Of a DNA stretch of 64,000 nt, positions 9,337 to 18,338 are shown piece by piece. The stretch covers positions 13,499-77,498 of the forward strand of contig CAVTWJ010000004.1 in assembly GCA_963738405.1 (NCBI GenBank). Reading direction: 5' to 3'. Positions within the stretch are counted from its first letter, which is position 1; each line of letters starts with the position of its first letter. The DNA comes from a candidate division FCPU426 bacterium (GTDB lineage Bacteria > Oederibacteriota > Muellerivitia > Muellerivitales > Muellerivitaceae). The notes beneath the pieces are model-generated. The model searched no databases. It was not told the origin of the DNA and saw only the letters and a program-made list of their open reading frames with translations. A program made the position numbers and the translations under genes.

Positions 9337-9365
9337 TTGACGACACCCTTAAAAGCCCCAATAAT
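9337..9365 (+). promoter_or_regulatory. Sigma70-like promoter (TTGACG-17 nt-AATAAT) for the mraZ/dcw operon
   Basis: Near-consensus -35 and -10 hexamers with a 17-nt spacer, ~80 nt upstream of mraZ. Confidence 0.4.
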
Positions 9366-9373
9366 GGCGCCAA

Positions 9374-9398
9374 GTGGGTATTAGTGGTAGGAAGTGGT
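9374..9398 (+). promoter_or_regulatory. Putative MraZ operator: three direct GTGG[GT] repeats at exact 10-bp spacing
   Basis: GTGGG(9374) GTGGT(9384) GTGGT(9394) just downstream of the -10; matches the known MraZ-box arrangement. Confidence 0.5.
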
Positions 9399-9444
9399 AG
9401 TTAATCAAAAAACCCATTAAATTAAGGCTTTTTGAGGGGTTTTA

Positions 9445-9903
9445 ATGTTTCGTGGAATCTTCCACAACTCAGTTGACGACAAGGGGCGCACGGTTCTTCC
9501 GGCCCGTTTTCGTGAACAGATTCGTGAACAGCACGAAACACCCCTCGTCCTTACCTTGGGTTTTGACCAATGCCTTTTCCTCTATCCCCTGGATGCCTGG
9601 AAAAAAATTGAAGAAAAGCTGGCCTCGCTCGACAGCCTGAATTCCGAAGTCAGGCAGTTTCAAAGAACCATCCTCCGGGCCACCGATGAAATCGATATCG
9701 ATCCCCAGGGACGCATCATGATTTCGCCCGTCCTGCGAAAAGAGGCGGGAATCGCCAAGGCGGTGGTGATCGTGGGCATGCTTCACCGCATCGAGATTTG
9801 GGACAAGGAAAAATACGAGGCTTATCACGCCCAATCCGCGCAGTCGTTGGAACTTTTGGGCCAGAAGCTATCCGACAAAGGCATTCAGTCCATCACCTTA
9901 TAG
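9445..9903 (+). CDS. mraZ: Transcriptional regulator MraZ
   Basis: 152 aa, duplicated SpoVT/AbrB-like halves, N-terminal MFRGIFHNSVDDKGR; first gene of the dcw cluster. Confidence 0.9.
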   Translation: MFRGIFHNSVDDKGRTVLPARFREQIREQHETPLVLTLGFDQCLFLYPLDAWKKIEEKLASLDSLNSEVRQFQRTILRATDEIDIDPQGRIMISPVLRKEAGIAKAVVIVGMLHRIEIWDKEKYEAYHAQSAQSLELLGQKLSDKGIQSITL

Positions 9904-9913
9904 GAGGGTGGAA

Positions 9914-10264
9914 ATGGTCGGTATTGAGATCAAGGAAAAATTTTCGCTGATCCATGTCACCGGGGATTTAAGCGAAGACGACTTGGGCGCCCTCCGGACG
10001 GCCATCGATACCTTGATGACCCGGGGCTACCGGCATGTGGTGCTCGATTTGAAGGAAGTGGCGTTCATGAACGCCCGGGGCTTGGGGGCCCTGGTGAACC
10101 ATTGGGGGCAGGTGCGCTTCAAGAGGGGGGATTTGAAGATTGTGGGGCTCAACAGCCGCCTGATGCATCTATTCAGGTCCATGGGGGTGGAACAGATATT
10201 CGAGGTCTACCCCAGCGTTGAGGAAATGATGGAAAAGACCGGCCGGATGCCGGCCATCGCTTAA
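9914..10264 (+). CDS. STAS-domain anti-sigma-factor antagonist (SpoIIAA-like)
   Basis: STAS pattern HVTGDLSEDDLGALR...HVVLDLKEVAFMNARGLGALV...LKIVGLNSRLMHLFRSMGV; GGAGGG SD. Confidence 0.75.
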   Translation: MVGIEIKEKFSLIHVTGDLSEDDLGALRTAIDTLMTRGYRHVVLDLKEVAFMNARGLGALVNHWGQVRFKRGDLKIVGLNSRLMHLFRSMGVEQIFEVYPSVEEMMEKTGRMPAIA

Positions 10265-10288
10265 GAAGAAAGACATAAGGGGGAAACA

Positions 10289-10627
10289 GTGGCCGTTGCC
10301 TTAGCGCCTGAAGAAACCGTGACCGTGCTTCGCCTTGCCGGAGACCTTTCGCTCCATGACATGGAGGGGCTCTCCAGCGTATTGACCGACATGTCGGTCA
10401 AGGGCAAGACGCGGGTCATTCTTAATTTCCGCCAGGTCAACCATGTGGCCCTGGGCGGCATCTCCAAACTGGCGGAAAGAAATTTCCGCCTCCGAAGCCT
10501 GGGCGGAGAAATCAAGCTGGTGGCGGTGGCTCCCTATGTCGCCAACCTTTTCAAGCTGGTTGGAGCCCTTGGCTATTTTGACGTTGTTTCCAACGAGGAC
10601 CTGGCCCTGGCCCGGTTCGACGCCTAA
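10289..10627 (+). CDS. Second STAS-domain anti-sigma-factor antagonist
   Basis: LRLAGDLSLHDMEGL...RVILNFRQVNHVALGGISKLA...IKLVAVAPYVANLFKLVG; GTG start with AAGGGGGA SD. Confidence 0.7.
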   Translation: MAVALAPEETVTVLRLAGDLSLHDMEGLSSVLTDMSVKGKTRVILNFRQVNHVALGGISKLAERNFRLRSLGGEIKLVAVAPYVANLFKLVGALGYFDVVSNEDLALARFDA

Positions 10628-10794
10628 CTTTTTTAGTTAACCGACGACCTAGTTGATCGACACCTACTCCAACGCCATTTCAAGGATGAACTGAAGGAAA
10701 AAATGAAACTCTACGGAGGAAGTTTAGAGTCAAAGGGAACCGGGTGTTCCCTTGGGCCCTGTGCTTCCGGAGCGCGACGCGCGCTTCGCGGCCG

Positions 10795-11739
10795 ATGAGC
10801 GTCCATCAGCCGGTTCTGCTTCAGGAAGCCGTGGAATATTTGTCTCCCCCGCCGGACGGCGTGGTGTTGGATTTGACGGTCGGGATGGGCGGCCACTCGA
10901 CGGAGCTTTTAAAAAGGCTTCCGAAGGGCCGGTTGATTGGTGTGGATCAGGATGTTGATGCCTTACAACACGCTGGCCTGGCACTCCGGGGCGACCCAAG
11001 GGTTTCCCTGTTCAAGGCTAACTTCGCCAACCTCCTGTGGGTGCTGAAAGACCTTGATGTAAAAGAGGTTGACAGCGTGTTGATGGATATCGGCATCTCG
11101 TCTTATCAATTGGATACACCCTCAAGGGGCTTTTCCTTCATGCATGAGGGGCCCTTGGATATGCGCATGGACCAGGCCGCCGGGTTCACCGCCTCCGAAA
11201 TCATCAACAATTCCTCCGAGCAGCAGCTTTCCAAAATCTTTTTCGAGTTCGGCGAAGAACCCAAGGCCCGCGCTTTGAGCCGCGCCATCGTGAAGGCCCG
11301 GGCGGAAGAACCCATCCGCACCACCTCCCAATTGGCGGAGCTGGCCAAGCGGGTCCTGGGCCGCCCCAGGGATCGGGCCGCCAAGCACCCCGCGACCAAA
11401 CTGTTTCAGGCCCTCCGCATCGCGGTCAACCGCGAGTTGGAAGTGCTTCAAAAGGGGCTGAAATCGGCCTTGTCCGTCCTCAAGCCCGGGGGGCGCATCG
11501 CGGTCATCACCTTCCATTCATTGGAAGACCGCATCGTCAAGCAGCTCTTCAAGGCTGAGGCCACGGATTGTATCTGCCCGCCCGAAATTCCCATGTGCGT
11601 TTGCGGCCACAAGGCTTCCTTGAAACTCATCACGCATAAACCCCTTACGGCTTCCGAGGAAGAATTAGCCCTGAATCCCCGTTCCCGCAGCGCCAAGCTG
11701 AGGGTGGCTGAAAAGCTGACTCCGGGAGGTCCGGTTTGA
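10795..11739 (+). CDS. rsmH: 16S rRNA (cytosine1402-N4)-methyltransferase RsmH (MraW)
   Basis: N-terminal HQPVLLQEAVEYL, SAM motif DLTVGMGGHS, C-terminal RSRSAKLRVAEK; start refined to MSVHQP. Confidence 0.9.
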   Translation: MSVHQPVLLQEAVEYLSPPPDGVVLDLTVGMGGHSTELLKRLPKGRLIGVDQDVDALQHAGLALRGDPRVSLFKANFANLLWVLKDLDVKEVDSVLMDIGISSYQLDTPSRGFSFMHEGPLDMRMDQAAGFTASEIINNSSEQQLSKIFFEFGEEPKARALSRAIVKARAEEPIRTTSQLAELAKRVLGRPRDRAAKHPATKLFQALRIAVNRELEVLQKGLKSALSVLKPGGRIAVITFHSLEDRIVKQLFKAEATDCICPPEIPMCVCGHKASLKLITHKPLTASEEELALNPRSRSAKLRVAEKLTPGGPV

Positions 11740-12173
11740 ACGAGACGGCCTCCAACTTTAAAGACCGGGTGATGGTTTCCGCGGGCGAAGCCCTGGACGC
11801 GGGCATGTTTTGGCGCGGTAACCTGGCGGGCGCCTTGAAACGCAGGGACTATAAGGGAACCTTCTGGGGAATCCTGGCCTTGAGCCTGTTTCTTTTCTTT
11901 TATGTTTGGCAGCACATGCAGGTGGTGAAGCTCTCCTACGAGGTTCAGGGTCTGCGCTCCCAGAAACAAACTTTGACCAACCAATACTATTACCTCAAGT
12001 ACAAGATGTACGACGTGGACAGCCTCTCCAAGGTGGAATCCATTGCCCGCGATCAGCTGGGCATGGTGACGCCCCGCACCGACCAGGTGGTCATCCTGTC
12101 CGATAACGACTCCCTGGTTCCGCGCTGGCTGACCTGGTGGACTCAAACGATGGATAAGGGAGGCCGCTTGTGA
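11736..12173 (+). CDS. ftsL: Cell division protein FtsL
   Basis: ~145 aa, single TM (GILALSLFLFFYVW) followed by a coiled-coil; positioned between rsmH and ftsI; the start may be a later in-frame ATG (11772). Confidence 0.7.
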   Translation: MNETASNFKDRVMVSAGEALDAGMFWRGNLAGALKRRDYKGTFWGILALSLFLFFYVWQHMQVVKLSYEVQGLRSQKQTLTNQYYYLKYKMYDVDSLSKVESIARDQLGMVTPRTDQVVILSDNDSLVPRWLTWWTQTMDKGGRL

Positions 12174-14380
12174 GCGTGCGTATGCCCTCCTCCCCCCTCC
12201 ACCAACGGCTCTGGATTTTGGAATCGGTCATCTTTTTCGCGCTTTTAGGCGTCGAGGCCCGGTTGGTTTACCTTCAGGTCTTCAAACATTCCGAATACAG
12301 CCAATTGGCTTTCCACCAGCAATACACCTCCAAGGAAACCCAGCCCTCACGGGGCCTCATTGAGGACCGCAACGGGGTTCTTCTGGCCATGAATATCGAT
12401 CTCTATAACGTTTGCGGCCATCCGGACCAGATTCAAGACAAGGCGCACGCCGCGGCGGTGCTTTCGGGGGTCTTGGGGCTCCCCTACGGCACGATCCTCT
12501 CCAAACTCTCGCAGGATAAATCCTTCGTTTGGCTTGCCCGCCAGGTTCCCTTCGAAAGAAGCCAGGCGGTGGAAAGCTTGAAACTCCAGGGGGTGGAGGC
12601 CTTCGGGGAACAGCGCCGGTTTTATCCCGACCGCGACATGGCGGCGCAGGTTTTGGGCTTTACCGGAATGGACAACCAGGGATTGAACGGACTAGAACGC
12701 TTCTACGAAAAAAATCTCTCCGGCCAAAAGGGCCTGGTCATGGCCGAGCGGGACGCGAGGGGAAGGCTGGTTCCCACCGACAACAAGCAGGTCAAGCAAA
12801 GCGTGGAGGGCACCAGCCTTGTCACCACCCTGGATACGACCCTCCAGCATGTGGCCCAGGTGGAGCTCCAAAAGGCCTTCGACAAGTACCGGTGCAAAGC
12901 GGCTTCCGTGGCCGTGATGAATCCCAAGACCGGCGAAATTCTCGCCATGGCCAACCTGCCGACCTTTGATCCCAACCATTTTTCCCAAGTTTCTTCCGAC
13001 GTTTGGCGCGACCGCATGGTGAACGACGAATTCGAGCCAGGGTCCACTTTCAAGCTGGTGACGGCCCTGGGGGCTTTGGAGGAAGGGGTCGTCAACGAGG
13101 ATGATAAATTTTTCTGCGAGAACGGCGAGTACCACACCGATTACGGCCGGGTGGTCACGGACCACGAAAAACACGGCTGGCTGACTTTTAGGGAAGTCTT
13201 CGGTTATTCCTCCAACATCGGCATGGTGAAGGTGGGGGCCAAGCTGGGCAAAGACAACCTTTACCGCTACTGCCAGCGCCTGGGGTTCGGGGTCCCCACC
13301 GGCATCGACCTGCCGGGCGAGGCCGCGGGCAAGCTCCGCCCGGAAGCGCAATGGAGCGGCATCTCCATGACGACCATCCCCTACGGCTATGAGGTTTCCG
13401 CCACGCCGATGCAGATCCTGCGGGCCTACGCGGCGATCGCCAACGGCGGGGTGATGATGAAACCCTACCTGGTCAAGGAGCTGGTCAGCAAAACGGGAAC
13501 GGTGGTGAAAAGCTTCACTCCCCAAAAGGAAAAGCGCATCTGTTCCGAAAAGACCGCCCAGCGCCTGACGGCCATGATGAGGTGGGTCGTCGAGAAGGGA
13601 ACGGGTACGGCGGTGGACCTGCCCGCCTACCCAATAGCCGGCAAAACGGGAACGGCCTACAAGTTCATGAACGGCCACTATTCCAAGTACAACTATGTTT
13701 CTTCCTTCGTGGGGTTTGTTCCCGCCGACAACCCCAAGTTCGTTATTTATTGTTCCTTGGATGATCCCCGGGGCATCTATTGGGGCGGCTACACGGCCGG
13801 GCCCGTATTTAAAGAAGTCGCCAAGCGGGCCCTGTCCTACGCTTTAGTCCCTCCCGTCAACTCGGATTTGGAACAAACGGCCTCTTTGAAAAAACAACTG
13901 CCTTCCTTCGTGGGGCTCACCCCTTCCCAAGGCCGTTTGCTGGGCCAGGACCGCCAGGTGAAAATGAAGTTCACCGGCAAGGGCGCGAAGATCACATCCC
14001 AGATTCCCCCGGCGGGAACCTACATGGTGGACTCTCAAGCCGCCGGGTTGTGCGTCACCCTGACGCTGGGAAACACAGTTTCCGCATTCGCGGCTGGAAC
14101 GGTTCTGAATGGGTCAGTCCCGAACGGGACCGTTCCGAATGGAACAGCCCCGAATGGGGCAGTCCCGAACGGGACCATGCCTGACTTGCGGGGAAAGACC
14201 AAGCGGCAGGCCCTGGCTCTTTTAGCTCCCTTCGGGCTCAAGGTGAATTTCTCAGGCGAGGGAATTGTTCGAACCCAATTTCCGCCGGTCGGACGGTCCT
14301 TGAAAACCTTTAATGCCTGCGATTTGAGTTGCGACATTCCTTCCGTCCGGGTTGACGCGGTCCAGGGGGGGAAATCATGA
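12170..14380 (+). CDS. ftsI: Peptidoglycan D,D-transpeptidase FtsI (PBP3) with a C-terminal PASTA domain
   Basis: PBP dimerisation plus transpeptidase motifs (STFK, SSN, KTGT); C-terminal MPDLRGKTKRQALALLAPFGLKVNFSGEG fits the PASTA consensus; GTG start. Confidence 0.9.
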   Translation: MSVRMPSSPLHQRLWILESVIFFALLGVEARLVYLQVFKHSEYSQLAFHQQYTSKETQPSRGLIEDRNGVLLAMNIDLYNVCGHPDQIQDKAHAAAVLSGVLGLPYGTILSKLSQDKSFVWLARQVPFERSQAVESLKLQGVEAFGEQRRFYPDRDMAAQVLGFTGMDNQGLNGLERFYEKNLSGQKGLVMAERDARGRLVPTDNKQVKQSVEGTSLVTTLDTTLQHVAQVELQKAFDKYRCKAASVAVMNPKTGEILAMANLPTFDPNHFSQVSSDVWRDRMVNDEFEPGSTFKLVTALGALEEGVVNEDDKFFCENGEYHTDYGRVVTDHEKHGWLTFREVFGYSSNIGMVKVGAKLGKDNLYRYCQRLGFGVPTGIDLPGEAAGKLRPEAQWSGISMTTIPYGYEVSATPMQILRAYAAIANGGVMMKPYLVKELVSKTGTVVKSFTPQKEKRICSEKTAQRLTAMMRWVVEKGTGTAVDLPAYPIAGKTGTAYKFMNGHYSKYNYVSSFVGFVPADNPKFVIYCSLDDPRGIYWGGYTAGPVFKEVAKRALSYALVPPVNSDLEQTASLKKQLPSFVGLTPSQGRLLGQDRQVKMKFTGKGAKITSQIPPAGTYMVDSQAAGLCVTLTLGNTVSAFAAGTVLNGSVPNGTVPNGTAPNGAVPNGTMPDLRGKTKRQALALLAPFGLKVNFSGEGIVRTQFPPVGRSLKTFNACDLSCDIPSVRVDAVQGGKS
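14106..14180 (+). repeat. Five tandem 15-nt repeats encoding (V/A)PNGT pentapeptides (linker before the PASTA domain)
   Basis: NGSVPNGTVPNGTAPNGAVPNGTMP encoded by near-identical ccgaa(c/t)gg(g/a)ac units. Confidence 0.6.
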
Positions 14381-15870
14381 AAATCTCCCTTCTGAAGAAA
14401 GCTCTCAAGGCTTCCCGGTTTCTGGGCGAGGGAAACCCGCAAGTGACGGGATTAAGCGAAAACTCGAAGACCGCCCGGAAGGGCGACCTCTTCTTCTGTC
14501 TGCCGGGAGCCAAGGTGGACGGCAGGGATTACGCGAAAGAAGCCTTGGCCAAGGGCGCTTCCTGGATTGTGGTTGAAAAGAAAGCAATCTCCGGGATCAA
14601 GGCCCCGCAAATCGTGGTGGCGGACGGCAGGGAAGCTTTAGCCCTGACCGCCAAGGTCTTTTATCAAAATCCCTCCAAAAAGGTAAAGGTCATCGGCGTT
14701 ACCGGAACCAAGGGAAAAACCACCACCACCTTCCTGATCCGCCACTTGCTCGAATGGGCGGGCGAGAAAACAGGCCTGATTGGAACCATTTCCTATCAAG
14801 TGGGGAAGAAAAGCTACGCGGCTCCCAACACCACGCCTTCCGCGCTGATCGTCAACCGCCTCTTGAGCGAGATGGAAAAAGCGAAATGCTCCTACGCGGT
14901 CATGGAAGTTTCCTCCCATGCCCTGGCCCAAAAGAGGGTGATGGGCGTTGAATTCAAGGGGGCGGTCTTTACCAATTTGGGCCGGGACCACCTGGATTTC
15001 CACAAGACCTTTTCCAACTATTACAAAGCCAAGAAGATTCTTTTTGACCGGTTTCCTACGGTACGGGTCAGAACCGTAAACGCCGACGATTCCTATGGCC
15101 GCAATCTCTTGAAAAGCCTGGGAAAAAAGGGTGTGGGTTACGGCATCAAAACCAAGTGCCGTTACCAAGCCCTTCAGGTTCAGCTCCACCCCGGGAAATC
15201 ATCTTTCGTTCTTCAAGGCCGTTCGTTTGAGGTTCCCTTGACGGGCCTTTTCAATGTTTACAACTCCCTGGCCGCCTTGTCCGTTCTCAAGGAAATGGGT
15301 TTTTCGTGGGATGTTCTTCAGGAAGGCTTAAGCAAAGCCCCCGCGGTTCCGGGCCGGTTTGAGGAAGTGAAAGCGGGCCAGCCTTTTACGGTTTTGGTCG
15401 ATTACGCCCATACCTCGGATGCCTTGGAACAGGCTCTTTTAGCCTCCAAGGAAATTCTCCAGCAAACTACCGGCAAAAGATTGATCTGCGTATTCGGATG
15501 CGGCGGGGACCGGGACAAAACCAAAAGGCCCTTGATGGGAAAGATTTCCGCCGAACTGGCCGACTTGACGGTGGTGACTTCCGACAACCCCCGTACTGAA
15601 AACCCCAAGGCCATCCTCAAGGACATCCTGGCGGGTATTCCTGAGAGGTTCACGAAAGCCAAGGGCGGGAACGTTCTGGTGAAGGAGGACCGGGGCGCCG
15701 CCATCCAACTGGCCCTTTCCAAAGCCCAGGCGGGCGATTTGGTTTTGATCGCGGGCAAGGGCCATGAGACTTACCAGATTTTCGGTACCCAAAAACATCA
15801 TTTTGACGACCGGGAAGAAGCCCGGAAAGTTTTAAGGCAAATGGCCAAGAGCGGCAGCGGGGTTTCTTGA
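14377..15870 (+). CDS. murE: UDP-MurNAc-L-Ala-D-Glu:meso-diaminopimelate ligase MurE
   Basis: Mur ligase P-loop GVTGTKGKTTTT; the DNPR motif (TSDNPRTENP) indicates meso-DAP specificity. Confidence 0.9.
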   Translation: MKISLLKKALKASRFLGEGNPQVTGLSENSKTARKGDLFFCLPGAKVDGRDYAKEALAKGASWIVVEKKAISGIKAPQIVVADGREALALTAKVFYQNPSKKVKVIGVTGTKGKTTTTFLIRHLLEWAGEKTGLIGTISYQVGKKSYAAPNTTPSALIVNRLLSEMEKAKCSYAVMEVSSHALAQKRVMGVEFKGAVFTNLGRDHLDFHKTFSNYYKAKKILFDRFPTVRVRTVNADDSYGRNLLKSLGKKGVGYGIKTKCRYQALQVQLHPGKSSFVLQGRSFEVPLTGLFNVYNSLAALSVLKEMGFSWDVLQEGLSKAPAVPGRFEEVKAGQPFTVLVDYAHTSDALEQALLASKEILQQTTGKRLICVFGCGGDRDKTKRPLMGKISAELADLTVVTSDNPRTENPKAILKDILAGIPERFTKAKGGNVLVKEDRGAAIQLALSKAQAGDLVLIAGKGHETYQIFGTQKHHFDDREEARKVLRQMAKSGSGVS

Positions 15871-17234
15871 TGATGCCCTGGACGCTGGAGGAAACAGCGG
15901 CTCTGGTGAACGGAAAGCTGGTGAAGGGAGGTAAAGCGAAGGTGGCGGGGGTTTCCCACGACACCCGAACCCTTCAAAGAGGCGATCTTTACGTGGCGAT
16001 CCGGGGAAAGAAGCTGGATGGCCACCGGTTCTTGAAAGAAGCTTCCGCTAAGGGAGCGGTTGCGGCGGTGGTGGATGAAGCGGGACGGAGGACCGGAGCC
16101 GAACGGCTCCCCTTGGTAGTGGTGAAGGATACCACGAAGGCCCTGGGGGACTTAGGAAGAAGCCAAAGGCTCCAGTGGAACGGACCCTTGGTGGCGGTGA
16201 CGGGAAGCATGGGCAAGACCACGGTGAAGGACATGGCGGCCCATCTTTTGGAGGCGAAGGGGAAGGTTTTAAAGACCGAGGGCAACTTGAACAACCAATG
16301 GGGGCTTCCCCTGACGTTGTTGAAGCTCTCCCCGGAACACGCGGCTGCGGTGGTGGAACTGGGTATCAACCACCCGGGGGAAATGGCTGGATTATCGGAA
16401 ATCGCCCGGCCGGACGTGGCCCTGGTTACCGCCATCGGGGACGCCCATTTGGGGAATTTTGAAAACCTCCGGGAACTGGCGCGGGAGAAGCAAAGGGTCC
16501 AATCGGCTTTAAGGCCGGGCGGGCGGGTCGTGTTGAATGGGGCGGAAACCCTGCTCAATCGAAAGGGAAAAAACGTGACGACTTTCGGATTTAAAACCGG
16601 GCAGGTCCGGGCGCTGGAGTTAAAGCCCCAGGGACTCTTCACCCGTTTCATACTTCAAGCGGGCGGGGGAAGGGCTTCGGTCCTTCTTTCCATGCCGGGC
16701 GCCCATAACGTCTTGAATGCCCTGGCCGCTGTTTCGGCCGGGTTATCGCTGGGAATTCCTTTCCAAACCTTAGCCCAAAGGCTTGGAACCTTCCGCCCCA
16801 AGGCCAAGATGCGGATGGAAATCCAAAATCTAAAAGGGGTTTTGGTGGTGAACGACGCTTACAACGCCTCGCCCGCTTCCATGGAAGCGGCCCTGGCTAC
16901 CTTCAGCGGTCTGAAGGGTCCTCAACGCAAGATTTTGGTTTTGGGTGACATGTTGGAACTAGGTTCCTTCGGCCCCCTGGCCCACCGGCAGGCGCTTCGG
17001 ATAGCCCTGTTGATGAATCCGGACCGGGTGCTTTTGGTGGGGGAGGCTTTTCACCAAGCCGCCCGCTACTTGAAGGCCGATCAAAGGGAAGAGGTTCTGA
17101 TTTTGAAGGATTCGTTCGAAGCGGGAATGGCCTTGGCGGGTTTGGCTGAGGCAGGGGACGCGGTTTTATTGAAGGGTTCCAGGGGAATGAAAATCGAAAC
17201 AGCGCTTTTGGCGCTTCAAGCAAGAAAAGGATAA
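15867..17234 (+). CDS. murF: UDP-MurNAc-tripeptide:D-Ala-D-Ala ligase MurF
   Basis: P-loop AVTGSMGKTT, Mur ligase middle and C-terminal domains; conserved position. Confidence 0.9.
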   Translation: MMMPWTLEETAALVNGKLVKGGKAKVAGVSHDTRTLQRGDLYVAIRGKKLDGHRFLKEASAKGAVAAVVDEAGRRTGAERLPLVVVKDTTKALGDLGRSQRLQWNGPLVAVTGSMGKTTVKDMAAHLLEAKGKVLKTEGNLNNQWGLPLTLLKLSPEHAAAVVELGINHPGEMAGLSEIARPDVALVTAIGDAHLGNFENLRELAREKQRVQSALRPGGRVVLNGAETLLNRKGKNVTTFGFKTGQVRALELKPQGLFTRFILQAGGGRASVLLSMPGAHNVLNALAAVSAGLSLGIPFQTLAQRLGTFRPKAKMRMEIQNLKGVLVVNDAYNASPASMEAALATFSGLKGPQRKILVLGDMLELGSFGPLAHRQALRIALLMNPDRVLLVGEAFHQAARYLKADQREEVLILKDSFEAGMALAGLAEAGDAVLLKGSRGMKIETALLALQARKG

Positions 17235-17240
17235 CCAAGG

Positions 17241-18329
17241 ATGCTCTACCACCTGCTTTACCCGCTGGCGAACAAGTTCATCGGTTTTAACGTCTTTCGT
17301 TACGTAACCTTTCGAAGCGTCTACGCGGCGGTCACCACCTTCGGTCTTTGCCTTCTCTTCGGCGGCGGGGTGATCCGATGGATGCGCGCATCCCAATTGG
17401 GGGAGAAAATCCGTTCCGACGGACCCGCCAGCCACTCGGCTAAGGCCGGCACCCCGACCATGGGGGGGGTTCTCATCGTATTCGCCCTGGTCCTCAGTTC
17501 GCTCCTTTGGGTTCGCTGGGACTCGAAATTCTTTTGGATCGCCCTTCTTTCCATTCTTTGGTACGGAGCCATCGGCTTCGCGGACGATTACTGGAAGCTG
17601 TTGGGCAAGGGAAAAAGCAGGGGCCTCTCCAGCTTTTACAAACTGTTGTTTCAGTTCATTGGCGCCATCCTGATCGTGGGCCTTTATATGTCGGTGCTTC
17701 CCGACGATTTCGCCTACAAAAGCTACATCACCCTGCCCTTCTTCAAGCACCCGGTGAACCTGGACGTGCTCTATCCCTACTTCGGGGTGCTGGTGATTGT
17801 CTCCGCTTCCAACGCGGTGAACCTGACGGACGGGTTGGACGGACTGGCGGTCGGCTGTACCACCTTCGCCGCCATGGCCTTCGTGGTGGTCACCTATGTG
17901 GCGGGCAACGTGAAATTCAGCGAATACCTGAAAATTATCACGGTTCCCGGCGCCAGCGAACTGACGGTGGTTTGCGCGGGGCTGGTGGGGGCGGGGTTGG
18001 GATTTCTCTGGTTCAACGCCCATCCGGCCCAGGTCTTTATGGGCGACACGGGTTCCCTGGCCCTGGGAGGGTTACTGGGAACTATCGCGGTGATGGTGAA
18101 ACAGGAGATTCTTCTCATCATCGTGGGCGGCATCTTCGTGGTGGAGGCCCTCTCGGTCATCATCCAAGTGACCTCCTACAAGTTCAGCGGCAAGCGGGTC
18201 TTCAAGATGGCGCCCCTTCATCATCACTTCGAATTGTCGGGGGTGCCCGAATCCAAGCTCATCGTGCGTTTCTGGATCGTGGCCATCATTCTCACGCTTT
18301 TGACACTCTCCACCCTGAAGTTGAGGTAA
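17241..18329 (+). CDS. mraY: Phospho-N-acetylmuramoyl-pentapeptide transferase MraY
   Basis: 10-TM polyprenyl-phosphate transferase with the DD..D and FMGDTGSLALGG motifs. Confidence 0.95.
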   Translation: MLYHLLYPLANKFIGFNVFRYVTFRSVYAAVTTFGLCLLFGGGVIRWMRASQLGEKIRSDGPASHSAKAGTPTMGGVLIVFALVLSSLLWVRWDSKFFWIALLSILWYGAIGFADDYWKLLGKGKSRGLSSFYKLLFQFIGAILIVGLYMSVLPDDFAYKSYITLPFFKHPVNLDVLYPYFGVLVIVSASNAVNLTDGLDGLAVGCTTFAAMAFVVVTYVAGNVKFSEYLKIITVPGASELTVVCAGLVGAGLGFLWFNAHPAQVFMGDTGSLALGGLLGTIAVMVKQEILLIIVGGIFVVEALSVIIQVTSYKFSGKRVFKMAPLHHHFELSGVPESKLIVRFWIVAIILTLLTLSTLKLR

Positions 18330-18338
18330 CAGGAACCC

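Noticed and set aside
12692-13678. 328-aa minus-strand ORF inside ftsI
   Set aside because: It is antisense to a confidently identified PBP3 gene. High-GC genomes produce long spurious antisense frames.
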